In this document: piece by piece, positions 1-10,884 of the stretch
Layout: each line of letters opens with the position of its first letter
Numbering within the stretch: the stretch's first letter is position 1
Assembly: GCA_000934665.2 (NCBI GenBank)
Contig: KZ538195.1
Location: forward strand, 62,001-103,822
Reading direction: 5' to 3'
DNA: 41,822 bases
Source: Catajapyx aquilonaris
Lineage: Eukaryota
Notes under the pieces: model-generated
What the model saw: only the letters and a program-made list of their open reading frames with translations
Told to the model about the DNA's origin: nothing
The model's database searches: none
Made by a program: the position numbers and the translations under genes

Positions 1-5
1 CATCC
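1..5 (-). CDS. FBXO11: FBXO11 start of coding exon 6 (continues off the window)
   Basis: Acceptor gctgttgtag|GGATG at 7-6; phase 0 gives the expected Gly after DNGL. Confidence 0.6.
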
Positions 6-144
6 CTACAACAGCAACAAATACAAACAGAATGGCATCAGAATTTTTTCTAGAACCATCCGTTGCTGTTAAGCAAGTCATTATCCATTTTGGGTATTTA
101 CTTCAAAAATGTATTTTGAGTTGCAATAAAATATTATCACATAC

Positions 145-389
145 CAGTCCATTGTCAAAAGTGAAGATGCCAACATCTCTCCCATTGTGTATGTGGTTCC
201 TCCTCATAATGGGATTGGCATAGTTTTTCACCCAAATTCCCGCCAAAGCATTGCGGCTTATCTCATTGTCTTCATAGGTACCCTGGGCATAATCCGTGAT
301 GTACAAGCCCACATTCTCGCAGTCACTTATATCACAGTGCTTTATTAGAGGGTCTGCCCCTAGGCCTGTCACACACACTGCTGCTCCAA
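145..389 (-). CDS. FBXO11: FBXO11 coding exon 5 (CASH/PbH1 beta-helix repeats)
   Basis: Encodes [56 protein letters not shown]...[13 protein letters not shown]. Acceptor catgtag|, donor |GTATGT; 245 nt. Confidence 0.95.
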
Positions 390-488
390 CTACATGTGCA
401 CATGTAAATTAAAAATTACATGAATTAAAGACCTATATTCATAAAAGGTAAGCAGAAAAAATGTCACTTGACAACATGCTTGTATATA

Positions 489-1098
489 CAGGGTGTTTCC
501 TGTAACTCTGTAAAGACTTGCAGGGGTAATAGAGGGGACCAAGGCAAGTATTTTTGACATAGGAACCTGTGTCCGGAAACGCCTTCTAGAGGGGGTTCAT
601 AGACAAAGAAAGGGTGCACTCAGACGCTTCACGCGGGAGGCGCTAGGCGAGCAGACTGTTTTGTTGATAGATGGCGCTCGGATAGTAAACACCAATGCGA
701 TGTGCCATAACCTGGCAACAGCAGCGCCATCTAACAACTAAAGTCTGCCTCCTAGGAGACGCGCAGAGAGTAAACCACGGTTCTGTTGTTTGCCAGAACC
801 ATGGTTTACTATCTGCGTGTCTCCTAGGAGGCGGACTTTCTATAGTTGTTAGATGGCTCTGCTGTTGCCAGGTTATGGCACATCGCATTGGTGTTTACTA
901 TCCGAGCGCCATAGTTCTATCAACAAAACAGTCCGCTTGCCTGGCGCCTCCCTCGTGATGCGTCTGAGTGCACCCGTTCCTTGTCTATGAACCCCCTCTA
1001 GATGGCGTTTCCAGACACGGGTTCCTATGTCAAAAATATTTGTCTTGGTCCCCTCTATTACCCCTGCAAGCCTTTACACAGTCATAGGAAACACCCCG
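489..1098. mobile_element. Tc1/mariner-type fold-back MITE
   Basis: TA|CAGGGTGTTTCC...GGAAACACCCCG|TA; long imperfect inverted arms; sister copy at 3698-4259. Confidence 0.9.
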
Positions 1099-1833
1099 TA
1101 TAATGTATTTCAACTGCAGTGTCCCTAATGCTTTGCAATTTTCAGGCAATAAGATTCTTATTAATAAGCAATTACTTTCACACAGTAATGTTCAGAAGTT
1201 ATCAAGTGTTTGTTGTGAATATAAAATTGAGTACTTCTTCAACATTTCAATGGCAATAAATTTCTGAGCTCAAATAATTGCAAAGTAACTTGCATCATAG
1301 GTTTAACTCATTTTAGGCCCTCCAGCAGTACTTATACAACATGCACTCATTAAACCTCATCTAATATTTTTATTATCCCCTACGATCAACTGTTCCAAAG
1401 TAATTGCTTCATAATAAGCAGCTTAGGGCCAAAAAACTGCTAAAATTATGGAAACTTCAATTAAAACACAATAACAGAAATGGTGTTCAGTTCATGAAAA
1501 ATAATAGGGTTGGTTTTGCATCCTACTGCTGGTTAGCAGTACCAATGGCAACAAACGGTAATCCATTTTAAAACTCGTGGGAGAATTCTGACAAATAGAA
1601 ACAGGCTGCTAGCCGAGACTTAGCAGGAGGACAAAAAACCCACCCTACAATATTATCTCAAAATTGTTCTGACCCCATTTTTGGTGTTCATCATTCTGAA
1701 GTCAGAAAAATGACAAGCTGCCCAGACTTCACTGTGCAAAAAGCCAAATATTTGGGCATTTAAAAATTATGCAATTGCAAAATATTGTTTTCCTGGAAAA
1801 TTTGAACATAACAGATGAATAGTTGCAACTAAC

Positions 1834-2393
1834 CAACAGAAGTGCTTCTAATGATGCAATGGTCCACAGTCGGTGAGCAATTCTCCCCGATCTCAAGGCA
1901 ATAGTGCTTGTGGTGTGGTACTGTGGAAGTGATATCCGGTGAGAACTTCAGGGAAAGGTAACCTAAGTAGGCCTGGGAAGCCCCTTCCACAAACATTACT
2001 GTTGATTCGCTCTCTCTCTCCAGCACTACACTTTCCGCTACATTCCCAGATGCTGCTCCAACAAAGCTCACACTTGAATCAACAGCCAAAAATTCCCCTC
2101 GGTAAGTCCCTGAATGGATCAGAACTAAAGGATTCTCCTGCTCATCTGAGTAGTCCACTGCTGCCTGGATGCTGTCAAAGTACATGATGCTTCGTCCCCT
2201 GAACCATTCAGGGTGTTGCTCAGCAAGTTCCTGGTAACCCTGACGTACATGTACACCACGGTACAGCTGACGGAAGCTCTCCTTCCAGGGATTCTCATGT
2301 TCTGATTCCTCCAACTGCACAAACTCAAACTTGCAGGGACCAAGGTGAAACAGTGGAAGGTCATATTCAAATACACTCTGGTACAGGCGTTTC
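1834..2393 (-). CDS. FBXO11: FBXO11 coding exon 4
   Basis: Encodes KRLYQSVFEYDLPLFH...NPWKESFRQLYRGVHVR...HHKHYCLEIGENCSPTVDHCIIRSTSV, typical of FBXO11. Acceptor tttccag|, donor G|GTTAGT; 560 nt. Confidence 0.95.
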
Positions 2394-2837
2394 CTGGAAA
2401 AAGATGTTAAAATAAAGCAGTCCAATGTCAACCAAATTTGGTCTAAACAATTACAAGGGTACACCAAATGAATGCTTAATAATCTTCAGGTGAATGTCAG
2501 TAATAAAAAGTGGTCTGAACCTCTACACCACCACATTTGACCACCTTGCACTAATTATATGCTACAGTATGAAGTGATTGGTAGACACGTGACAAAAACC
2601 AAAACTGGAAGTTCGTGACTTTCTCAACACCATTTACAGTGCATGGTAGATTAGTTGCACTGCACTTAATGTGCCCATGATGGCCACCAAAGGCAATTAA
2701 CAGTCACTTTTTCTGTACGCATTTGCAATCTAAAAAAAGCTCAAATAAGTTTTTAAGGGTTAAGCATCAAATCCAAATAAGTAGCATAAAACTAGTTTCA
2801 AATATTTTTAAACAATTATAGTTCCAAAAATACTCAC

Positions 2838-3000
2838 CAGAGTTCATTGTCATTAGCAATAGCATGGAAGCGCCTGCATACTTGGCTGGCACGGCACAAG
2901 TCCTGCTCCAGCAGATACCTAAATATGGTTAGAAGGACCTCGTCTGGAAGCTCATACAGAAGATAGTGGGCAGCATTTGCTGTTGCAGAGGATTGTCCAG
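2838..3000 (-). CDS. FBXO11: FBXO11 coding exon 3, F-box domain
   Basis: Encodes [40 protein letters not shown], an F-box. Acceptor cttccag|, donor TG|GTGAGT; 163 nt. Confidence 0.95.
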
Positions 3001-3152
3001 CTGGAAGTAAAACAAGGTTCAAAATATAAATCCCATTCTAATTTGAAGGGCTTCTCTATATCATAACACTAGCAGGGTACCTGTTCTTTGCATGGGAATT
3101 CATAAATGATTTTTTTTTTTTGGTGTAAAGCTAGAGGCATATTCAGTTAGTA

Positions 3153-4491
3153 CCGTATTACCTCACTTAAAGCGGCATGCTGGTGTAGTCGAGGTTGACC
3201 AGTTTTTAGATATGCACGATCTGGTGGCTATAGCGGCATGCTGGTCTAAGCAAAGTATGCTGGTATAAGGCGAGGTTTTCATAAGCACAGCATTATCGCG
3301 ATCTGTGTGGTAATTTTATTATTCAAATGAATGCATTACACCATGTTCTACACTGCAGATACAGCCCAGGACACTTCTATTGCCTGACACATCCCATAAG
3401 ACCTTTCGTTAAGTTCAAATTTCACAGCAACATTTTCAATTAAAAGTGCAAGGCTGCAAGAAGGGAAGCATACTTACCAAGATATTTCTTACGTTGGGTT
3501 TTGATTTTATTCTCTGAGAAAAATTCTCAGACAAATTGATACCACTACACAAAGTGATCCTCTGATAACCAACGAGATCTGTGACCATCGAACTGTTGAG
3601 CAAAACAAAGGACTGAAGGAATTTGCCTTGGTCCTTTGTAATGTTTAGGGGGGTTCCCCCCTCAGAACAGGCTGACTGCAGGATTGGTCACACTCTACAG
3701 GGTGTAAATGAATTCAATCGACAAACTTGTAGGGGTAATAGAGGGGACCAAGACAAGTATTTTTGACATAGGAACCCGTGTCCGGAAACGCCATCTAGAG
3801 GGGGTTCATAGACAAGGAACGGGTGCGCTCAGACGCGTCAGGTGAGAGGAGCTAGGCAAGCGGACTGTTTTGTTGATAGAGGTCGCGCAGTTGTTGCCAG
3901 GTTATGGCATATCGCGTCGTCGTAAGCAAACAACGACGTGATACGCCATAACATGACAACAACAGAACCTTTGTTTACTCTCCACGCGTCTCCTAGGAGG
4001 CGTCCTTTAGTTGCTAGATGGCTCTGTTGTTGCCAGGTTATGGCACATCTCTCCTTTGTTTACTATCCGAGCGCCATCTATCAACAAAACAGTCCGCTCG
4101 CCTAGCGCCTCCCGCGTGGAGCGTCTGAGCGCACCCGTTCCTTGTCTATGAACCCCCTCTAGATGGCGTTTCTGGACACGGGTTCCTATGTCAAAAATAC
4201 TTGTCTTGGTCCCCTCTATTACCCCTACAAGTTTGTCGATTGAATTCATTTACACCCTGTATAAACTGTGCAACCAATGAACTTGCATATTCTCACAGCC
4301 CTGTACTCGCACATTTTTCACCGTAACATGATTTTAGTACAGTATCAGATTCATTCCAAAAAATTTGGCAAGGATCAAAATTATGGAAATCCACCTCGGT
4401 TATTGCAGCACGCCAGCCACCCCCAGGTTATACCAGCATGCTGGTCGACTTCGTTTTATACCGGCATGCCGCTTTAAGTGAGGTAATACGG
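3153..4491. mobile_element. pogo/Tigger-like non-autonomous element
   Basis: TA|CCGTATTACCTCACTTAAAGCGGCATGC...GCATGCCGCTTTAAGTGAGGTAATACGG|TA, with subterminal GCATGCTGG repeats. Confidence 0.85.
3698..4259. mobile_element. Tc1/mariner-type fold-back MITE nested in the pogo-like element
   Basis: TA|CAGGGTGTAAATGAATTCAATCGAC...GTCGATTGAATTCATTTACACCCTG|TA; body shared with 489-1098. Confidence 0.92.
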
Positions 4492-5139
4492 TACCTGTTA
4501 ATGTTACTAGGTCAGCGAGGATCTGAAAATTCTGTTTGCTCATGAGAGTGACAACTTAAAACATGTTATATTCTATTAACACACACTCTGTGATCCAAAT
4601 ATTTGTCTGATTCCTATGGCTATTTGTTGGCATAAGTTGTTTATTTTGTAGTAGTTAATTTTTCATCGTTACTTTCAATGGTTATCTAATGTATTAGCTG
4701 CTAATAAATGATGTCCTAGCCTACATTTTGCAAACCCATGTAAAGAATCGTCCTTATTTTAAAATGAATTTTGGTGTTTTTTGTTTGAAGAAATAAATAT
4801 TAGTTTTCGAGCTATGATCCATCTAAGATCATAATAATTATATGGTATCGTATTGCCCTCTTACATCACTGTTGTCAAAGGATCGGTGCAGAGGCAGGAA
4901 TGCACCCTGGTTGCTTTGTTCCTTTGTTTGTTGCCTAACAACGGCATCGAACGACCACTAGTAAAGCCGAATATAACAGGACCGCCTGTAAATAAGCAGA
5001 ATCGAACGACAGTGAGGCAACGGCCTGCTGACGTCACTGTTGTCAGCTTGGTTAGGCAGGAGTAGGAATGCGCTTTTTAGGCCACACCCCCGTTTTTCCT
5101 GCCAATTTGCGAGTGACTTTTAAACCCCCGATAATTTAT

Positions 5140-5510
5140 CGAGGAATGACATTTTGGTGCTGAAAAGTGCCGGAATGCATGTTTATATGTATGGTTGAGA
5201 TATTCGTGCACAAATAACCCAAATCCCAGGCCATGGCTAGGACCCCATTATACTGAAATCCATTCAAGCTCTGAACTGCAAAGTAGGTCTGATTAGGAAT
5301 GGCCCATTGGAACAATTGGTATTTCACATCAATAACAGAACCCACTTTGTCCAGCTCAACCCCCTTGCAGGCTTTATCAAGGATTTGTATATGTAACCCA
5401 ATATTAGAAGCAAATACTTTTGATAGCCATCAAAGTATCTGCTAAATATAAGCAGCTTTATGCCAAAATGTAGCCATAGCAACTGGACAAGTATTTTGGA
5501 TCATCCTGTA
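5140..5510 (-). repeat. Old interspersed repeat fragment, related to 8940-9205 in opposite orientation
   Basis: Shared segment (CCAATGGGCCATTCC.AAT...CAGAGCTT.AATG); ends in CATCCTGTA, resembling a CAGGGTG-type mariner terminus. Confidence 0.5.
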
Positions 5511-5779
5511 GAGTTAATGGACATGATCCCAGTAGGTTCTGGTATAATGGACGCATCATGTCCATTTAAAAAATACAGTAGATCCCCAATTATCTGACTC
5601 CTAGATTTATCCGACCGTCCCACTCCAGCAATACATCCATGTTTTCTCATTAAGTACGGTACTGTAATATACTACCCATTTGTTTTGTTTTGCTTTAGTT
5701 AAATTGTAAATTCAGTACACAGTGTATGTAAAAGATAAATACAGTAGTTCACTATTTCTTATAAAACCATAATATTGTA

Positions 5780-5879
5780 CTATATCGCCCAAAAAGATAG
5801 AGACGATTTTGCATTTGACTCAAGTGCAACTTGCACTTGAATCAAATGCTAATCGTCTCTATCTTTTTGAGCGATATAG
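5780..5879. mobile_element. 100-bp palindromic TA-targeting mini-MITE
   Basis: TA|CTATATCGCCCAAAAAGATAGAGACGAT...ATCGTCTCTATCTTTTTGAGCGATATAG|TA; absent from the paralogous host copy. Confidence 0.85.
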
Positions 5880-5969
5880 TACATTATTTTAAGTTTTTAC
5901 ATGTTTTTGTTGTGTTTCATTCCAGCTTTTTAGCTCCTCGGATTATCCAACCATTTCTGTTATCCGAGC

Positions 5970-6263
5970 CAGCCCCCTGACACTCCTCTAATACGGTAGG
6001 GTAATTTCTGTGTCCCGTCGTTCGCTAGGCCGCCATCTTGATCAAGGTGCAACTCGAGTGGTAGGTAGTGGGTGAGTCTGCCTCGGTCTGCCGATGGCCT
6101 CAATCTTTCTTTGCTTCCACAGACTTACCACTTGAGTGCACCTTGAACAACATAGCTGTATAGCGAACGCTGTAGCGGCACCAGTGCCAAAATCTGGACT
6201 GGCGGAGACACAGGAATTGAACTACTGTATCCATACGGCTAGGGGGGAAGTGACAGTGGGCTG
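5970..6263. mobile_element. hAT-like MITE
   Basis: TIRs CAGCCCCCTGACACT / AGTGACAGTGGGCTG; 8-bp TSD ATCCGAGC / ATCCGACC; absent from the paralogous host copy. Confidence 0.75.
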
Positions 6264-6390
6264 ATCCGACCATGCCCCAGTCCCGTGGGTGACGGATAAT
6301 CGTGGTTCTATGGTGTGATCAAAAGGCTGTAAAATAATCCTCGGGAAGGAAGAACAAATACGCTCTGCTGTTAGAATGTGTGTAGTAGTA

Positions 6391-7192
6391 CAGTCGAATC
6401 CCTCTATAACGAATCCAGATATAATGAAAATCCAAAATTTGTGACCGTCACAGGCCCCATATAAACCCATGTTAAAAATATCCGCTTTTAACGAAAGGAT
6501 TTTTGGTTTCGGTTCGCATATAACGAAAAAATTTCTCTCCTCCAGTTCCACCTCTCAGCCGAAAAAGGGTGGAAGTTGGCAAATTGGGCCATAAATCACC
6601 ATCTGTGTGTTCGGGATTCAACCTTTTTTTTCACACATTCTGTCCAAATGTTGATAATTTGGGGTCCTAATGGAAGGGAAAGGATTCTCTGGGAGGGGGG
6701 AGGGCTGTCTCGCAGTGACTCAGAGCTGCCCACTGGATTTATTGCTAGCACGTGCCCCCCCCCNNNNNNNNNNNNNNNNNNNNNNNNNNCCCCCAGGGAA
6801 GGAGGCAGGTGGTTAAAACCTGGGAAAATTCATCGGAAATTTGAGCAGCAAAACGAATCACATCTGGAACAGAATTCCCAGACGCGGACTTATCATATGT
6901 GCCTAAAAGGTGGGATGACAGTGCGAGCGGAAAAGGAGAAGGGCCTGGCCTGCATCTGGTGCAGTCATCAGGTGTTTTCTGTAGCTTATTGCTGTCGCGT
7001 TTGCGCAGTGCTTTGAGATAATCTAATTTAGCGCGGAAGAATTTTTTAACTATTTTTCCCGCTACCAGAGCTTAATATAACGCCTAAATATAGAAAAAAG
7101 TGAGGTTTAAACGCGTTTTTTATATAACGAATTTTGCATATAACGAAAGGAAATTTGGTTCCCTTCAATTTCGCCATCGAGCGATTCGACTG
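6391..7192. mobile_element. Tigger/pogo-like MITE
   Basis: TA|CAGTCGAATC...GATTCGACTG|TA with repeated subterminal ATAACGAA motifs; spans an N gap. Confidence 0.85.
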
Positions 7193-8092
7193 TATATAGC
7201 TGATACTGTAGAGAAAATGCAAAGCACACAAACTAAGATCAACAGGCCAACTTTAAGTTGCATATTTAGGAAGCAATCATCATGGCTGAGTATAAATAAT
7301 GTGTCTTACTAGCACATCTGTGTTACTTTCAATTGTATTCATCAAACATTAAGTTATAATGTTCCTTAGAGAAGTTTTTATATGAACTTTAATTGTAGTG
7401 GAATCAATGTACACTATATGAAATATTTCCTTGCCTCATGAACAGTAATAGATGTGACTCCCCTCGCAATCCTCCACACCAGTCATATGGAACACCTTTT
7501 TATAAACATGCTGTATCAGAATTTTTTGATATCACATATGTAATTATGTAGGCTACAACTTGTGACACATTCTCCTGTTGCTAATGGCATCGCTAACCAG
7601 CTGTATACATAGTCATGGATGAGGTAAGCTTACACATGTATACGTACAGCTGCATGAAGTAAGCTATGTCAACAAGGGAAGGGGGGGGGGGGGGGGTCCA
7701 GATAAAGAAGTGAAGCAATAGATTCATTGCTGCTATTGGTTTTTTGACACCTGGTATGGGTTTGCATTCGCCACGAGAAAAATACCATTACTGTTTGATG
7801 CACGTGCAATAATTATTGTGACGTACAGAGAGATCATTATGAGGCTATAACTCACTTTGTATTCAGAAAACACGTTGTTACATAGGACACCGAGAGAAGG
7901 GAGTCAATGACACCCCACTCTTGTTCCTTACTCGTCACTGACATTGGCTTTCTGACACCCTGTATCATCAAGGATTTGCCAAGTGCACCTACCACCTGAG
8001 TTTGGTGTGCATGCAATGTTCCATATGGTGTACAAAGAGGCACAGAGGAACATGTGCATAAATGCCAATGCATTTTCGAATATCATATTATT

Positions 8093-8384
8093 GACCGAAG
8101 CAGCAGGAGTGGCTATAGGGTCCGACTGCTAATCGGGAGGTCCTGGGTTCGAGCCCCAGGGCCGGCAACTCTAACCGTGGTTTTCTGTGGTTTCCCACGG
8201 TCCCTCCAGGAGAATTCCGGGGTTGCTTCCTAATTTAAAAGGCCACAGCCGCCTCCTTCCTTCCCTATCCTATCCCAAAAAGCAAAAAGTAAACATTTAA
8301 GCAAGAGTTCGAGACAAAACAAAAATTCCCCCTAAAGAGCCGAAAAAGGCTGATAACGGGGTAAGATATTATATTAAATATATT
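8093..8384 (+). mobile_element. tRNA-derived SINE
   Basis: A-box-like GCAGGAGTGG and B box GGTTCGAGCCC (8146-8156). Central GGTTTTC..GGTTTCCC...AGGCCACAGCCGCCTCCTTCC domain typical of invertebrate SINEs. Stem-loop and AT-rich tail. 14-bp TSD AATATCATATTATT / AATATCACATTATT. Confidence 0.85.
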
Positions 8385-8639
8385 AATATCACATTATTGG
8401 GGACGATATTCACTCAATTAATGTCACATATTATGGGTCCTACGGCACTGGTCAAGGCATGCATCAAAAACATTTCAATTTGGACCATGCCTGACAAGAA
8501 TTAGAGAGCTCGAATTTTCTTTCTGCACCTGAATTTTTCTAATGCACTGGTAATTTTTATGGGTGTTTTCAAAATTTCACTGACAACCATATTGTTCCCA
8601 GAATCATGGATGGTGGCCATATGCGGTTTGATCAGATTG

Positions 8640-8900
8640 GCTGAAGAATCAAGTGTAGGCCATAGGTTGTGTGCTGTGACCTGTGACTGGGATAGGTGAA
8701 GAACAAGACAATATTACAAAGACGGGGTCTTGGTGGGACCAGTAAAGTTACGATTTGTAGGTGTATGACAATGGTTTAGCCATATGGAACAGATCACTAA
8801 TGAGATTGTGAAGAAGGTTCATAGTCTTCATACTGTGACGTAGTTGTTGGTAACGGTAAGACCAGGCAGACATGGCTGGACCAAGAGTTACATGCAAGGG
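8640..8900 (+). mobile_element. Degenerate RTE-clade LINE 3' fragment
   Basis: Broken translation QWFSHMEQITNEIVKKVH...GKTRQTWLDQ resembles the RTE C-terminal WFGHVxRM...GRPRxxW motifs. Confidence 0.6.
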
Positions 8901-9379
8901 TGTGTCTAGTCTAAAGCAGAGGCATACATATATGGTCCATTGTGCAAGGTGTTCTACTTGAAATTACATTAGTGGTGAGCAATTTTTTGGGAATGCTCAT
9001 TTTAACCAGTTACTTTGGACCACTTGTTTTTTATTGCCTATCAAAAGCATTATCAGCTGGTGATATTAAGTTACAAGGGCCCATCCGTAACGCTTGCCAT
9101 GTACTCTTGCCTACAAAAATGGGTTCAGTCATGCATGTTCTATGCAAATTGCTCCAATGGGCCATTCCCAATTGGAAATCCATTGCAATTCAGAGCTTAA
9201 ATGCAACATCAGCAAGTAATTAAAAATAAAATTAAAACTATGCAAAATTGTTTAAAATAAGCATGAAAGTGTCAAATGTTTTTTGAGCCACTAATATAAA
9301 ATCAACGGTCACCCAGTGTACTACTCGCTATCATTCAACATGCAGATTGAATAGGTGATTAATAAATAGTTCATCATAC

Positions 9380-9694
9380 ATTCAAGCCCTGTGGAGCAGG
9401 TCCTCCTTGCCCTCTTCCTGGCTGGAAGCATTGACGGCGAATAATCACTTGAGCCTCCTCCACTGGTGCCAGCCTGGCAGCCATCATAATTAGGAGACTT
9501 GCGGCGTAGGTCATAGGGAGGCTGATGGCCTCCACCTGGAGGGCAACCTGATGTACACGACGAAGTTGATGGCGAAGAAGACGGGGCAGTAGAAGACGAT
9601 GATGAGGATGAGGAAGATGCACCAGCAACACTTGCTGGGACTAGCACTCCACCACCATTCTCATTGTTACTAGGGCAGAGGACTTCATCCCCTT
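9380..9694 (-). CDS. FBXO11: FBXO11 coding exon 2 (Ser/Gly-rich, YDLRRKSP, PARKRARR)
   Basis: Acceptor ttattccag|AA and donor T|GTATGA; 315 nt, phase 1 to phase 1; open frame (ORF 9321-9710) with a basic NLS-like motif. Confidence 0.85.
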
Positions 9695-10564
9695 CTGGAA
9701 TAAAATGCAAAAGTCAATGAGAAATATTTTGCAGAAATGTCATCTTGTTAGTGCTTCATTAGTAAGAAATATATTTTTATTTCCATTTGAGTCCTTCAAT
9801 CTCTCGGACACCACATTTGTAATATAACATACACGAGGGAAAATTTCAAATTTCTGACTGGAAGGTTAAATAGACATTGCCACTTGTAATGTCGCATTAA
9901 GAAATATCTACTTTGTACGCACAAGTTGGTGTAACCCTTGAAAACATCTTACATTGAAATATGACACCAGTTAAAATCTTGAATGACCACAAAAAGTCAT
10001 CTCAAAGCAAGGTATGTGTGGTTCTCCTAATCCACCACTTCTATGTATACTATGTATATTTGTTTTACACTTTCATCAAAGTGTACATGAATGGGAAGCA
10101 TTAAATATGGTCCCGGACAAAGGACTAGGCAATGATCTTGAATAAAGGTTAACAAATTTTAACCTCTGACCCACAGCCAGATAAATCAACTACTCCCTCT
10201 ATTAGTATTATTCTCGGTATCCTCACAGGTGACAATTTTCACTATGAGAAACCGCACAAGTGGAATCACTACAGGTAAAACCAATTTAGGGTAACTTCAA
10301 AAATCGCAATGTTAATAATAATTTAATTTAGTTTAGAATGTTGCCTTTGTTGCAAAATTTTGAATCTAATAAGCCGATAACAAGTGCAATTTCAGTTTTA
10401 AAATATAGTAATTTTTGCTATTTTCCCATTTTGACTTGGCTAAGTTCACAATATCTGCACAAAAATGGTCCTTCACATTTGGGGTAAAAGGCAAGCAACT
10501 TAGTTCTTTGCTACATGGTAAACCATGCCCTCACAAAATAATCATTTCCAATTTTTATGCATAA

Positions 10565-10812
10565 CTAGCTGCGGCACCCGGCGTTGCCCGGGAAGAAATG
10601 AATGAAGGGAAAAGACCTACCTGTAGCCCCATCAAAATTTGCACTCACAGAGCCGATGCACAGAGAGCTGCCATGACACTTTTAGGAAGGACGGGTCGGA
10701 AGGACAGGAGAGGTTTGAGGTGTAGGAGGCAGATCACAGATGCTAGGCGAATTAACGGTTGGCATCCCGGACAGACAGACAGAATCACATCCGTCTTTAT
10801 TGATATAGAAGA
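10565..10812 (-). mobile_element. Short non-autonomous Helitron
   Basis: Minus strand reads A|TCTTCTATATC...(CTGT)n...CCCGGGCAACGCCGGG hairpin...CTAG|T; no TSD. Confidence 0.85.
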
Positions 10813-10823
10813 TGAAATAGATG

Positions 10824-10883
<60 letters not shown>

Positions 10884-10884
<1 letters not shown>

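Larger units (their letters stand above)
3069..5140 (-). mobile_element. Degenerate non-autonomous Helitron-like element, interrupted (right boundary approximate)
   Basis: ACTAGCAGGGTACCTGTTCTTTGCATGGG at 3068 is a Helitron-type 3' CTAG with a decayed subterminal hairpin on the minus strand. The 5' end is not resolved. Confidence 0.4.
5576..6313. mobile_element. pogo/Tigger-like MITE carrying two younger insertions
   Basis: TA|CAGTAGATCCCCAATTATC...GATAATCGTGGTTCTA; uninterrupted paralog in reverse orientation at 27830-28173. Confidence 0.75.

Noticed and set aside
643..958. Mirror-image ORF pairs here and at 12927-13364 and 22924-23781
   Set aside because: They are by-products of palindromic MITE arms and show no protein family features.
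8093..8168. Possible tRNA-Ser(GCT) gene
   Set aside because: The acceptor and D stems are poor, there is no long variable arm and no terminator, and it continues into a SINE body bounded by a TSD.
8325..8366. Hammerhead-ribozyme-like fold in the SINE tail (CCCC-CTAAAGA-GCC...GGC-TGATAA-CGGGG)
   Set aside because: The core deviates from CUGANGA and GAAA; a LINE-derived 3' stem-loop explains it better.
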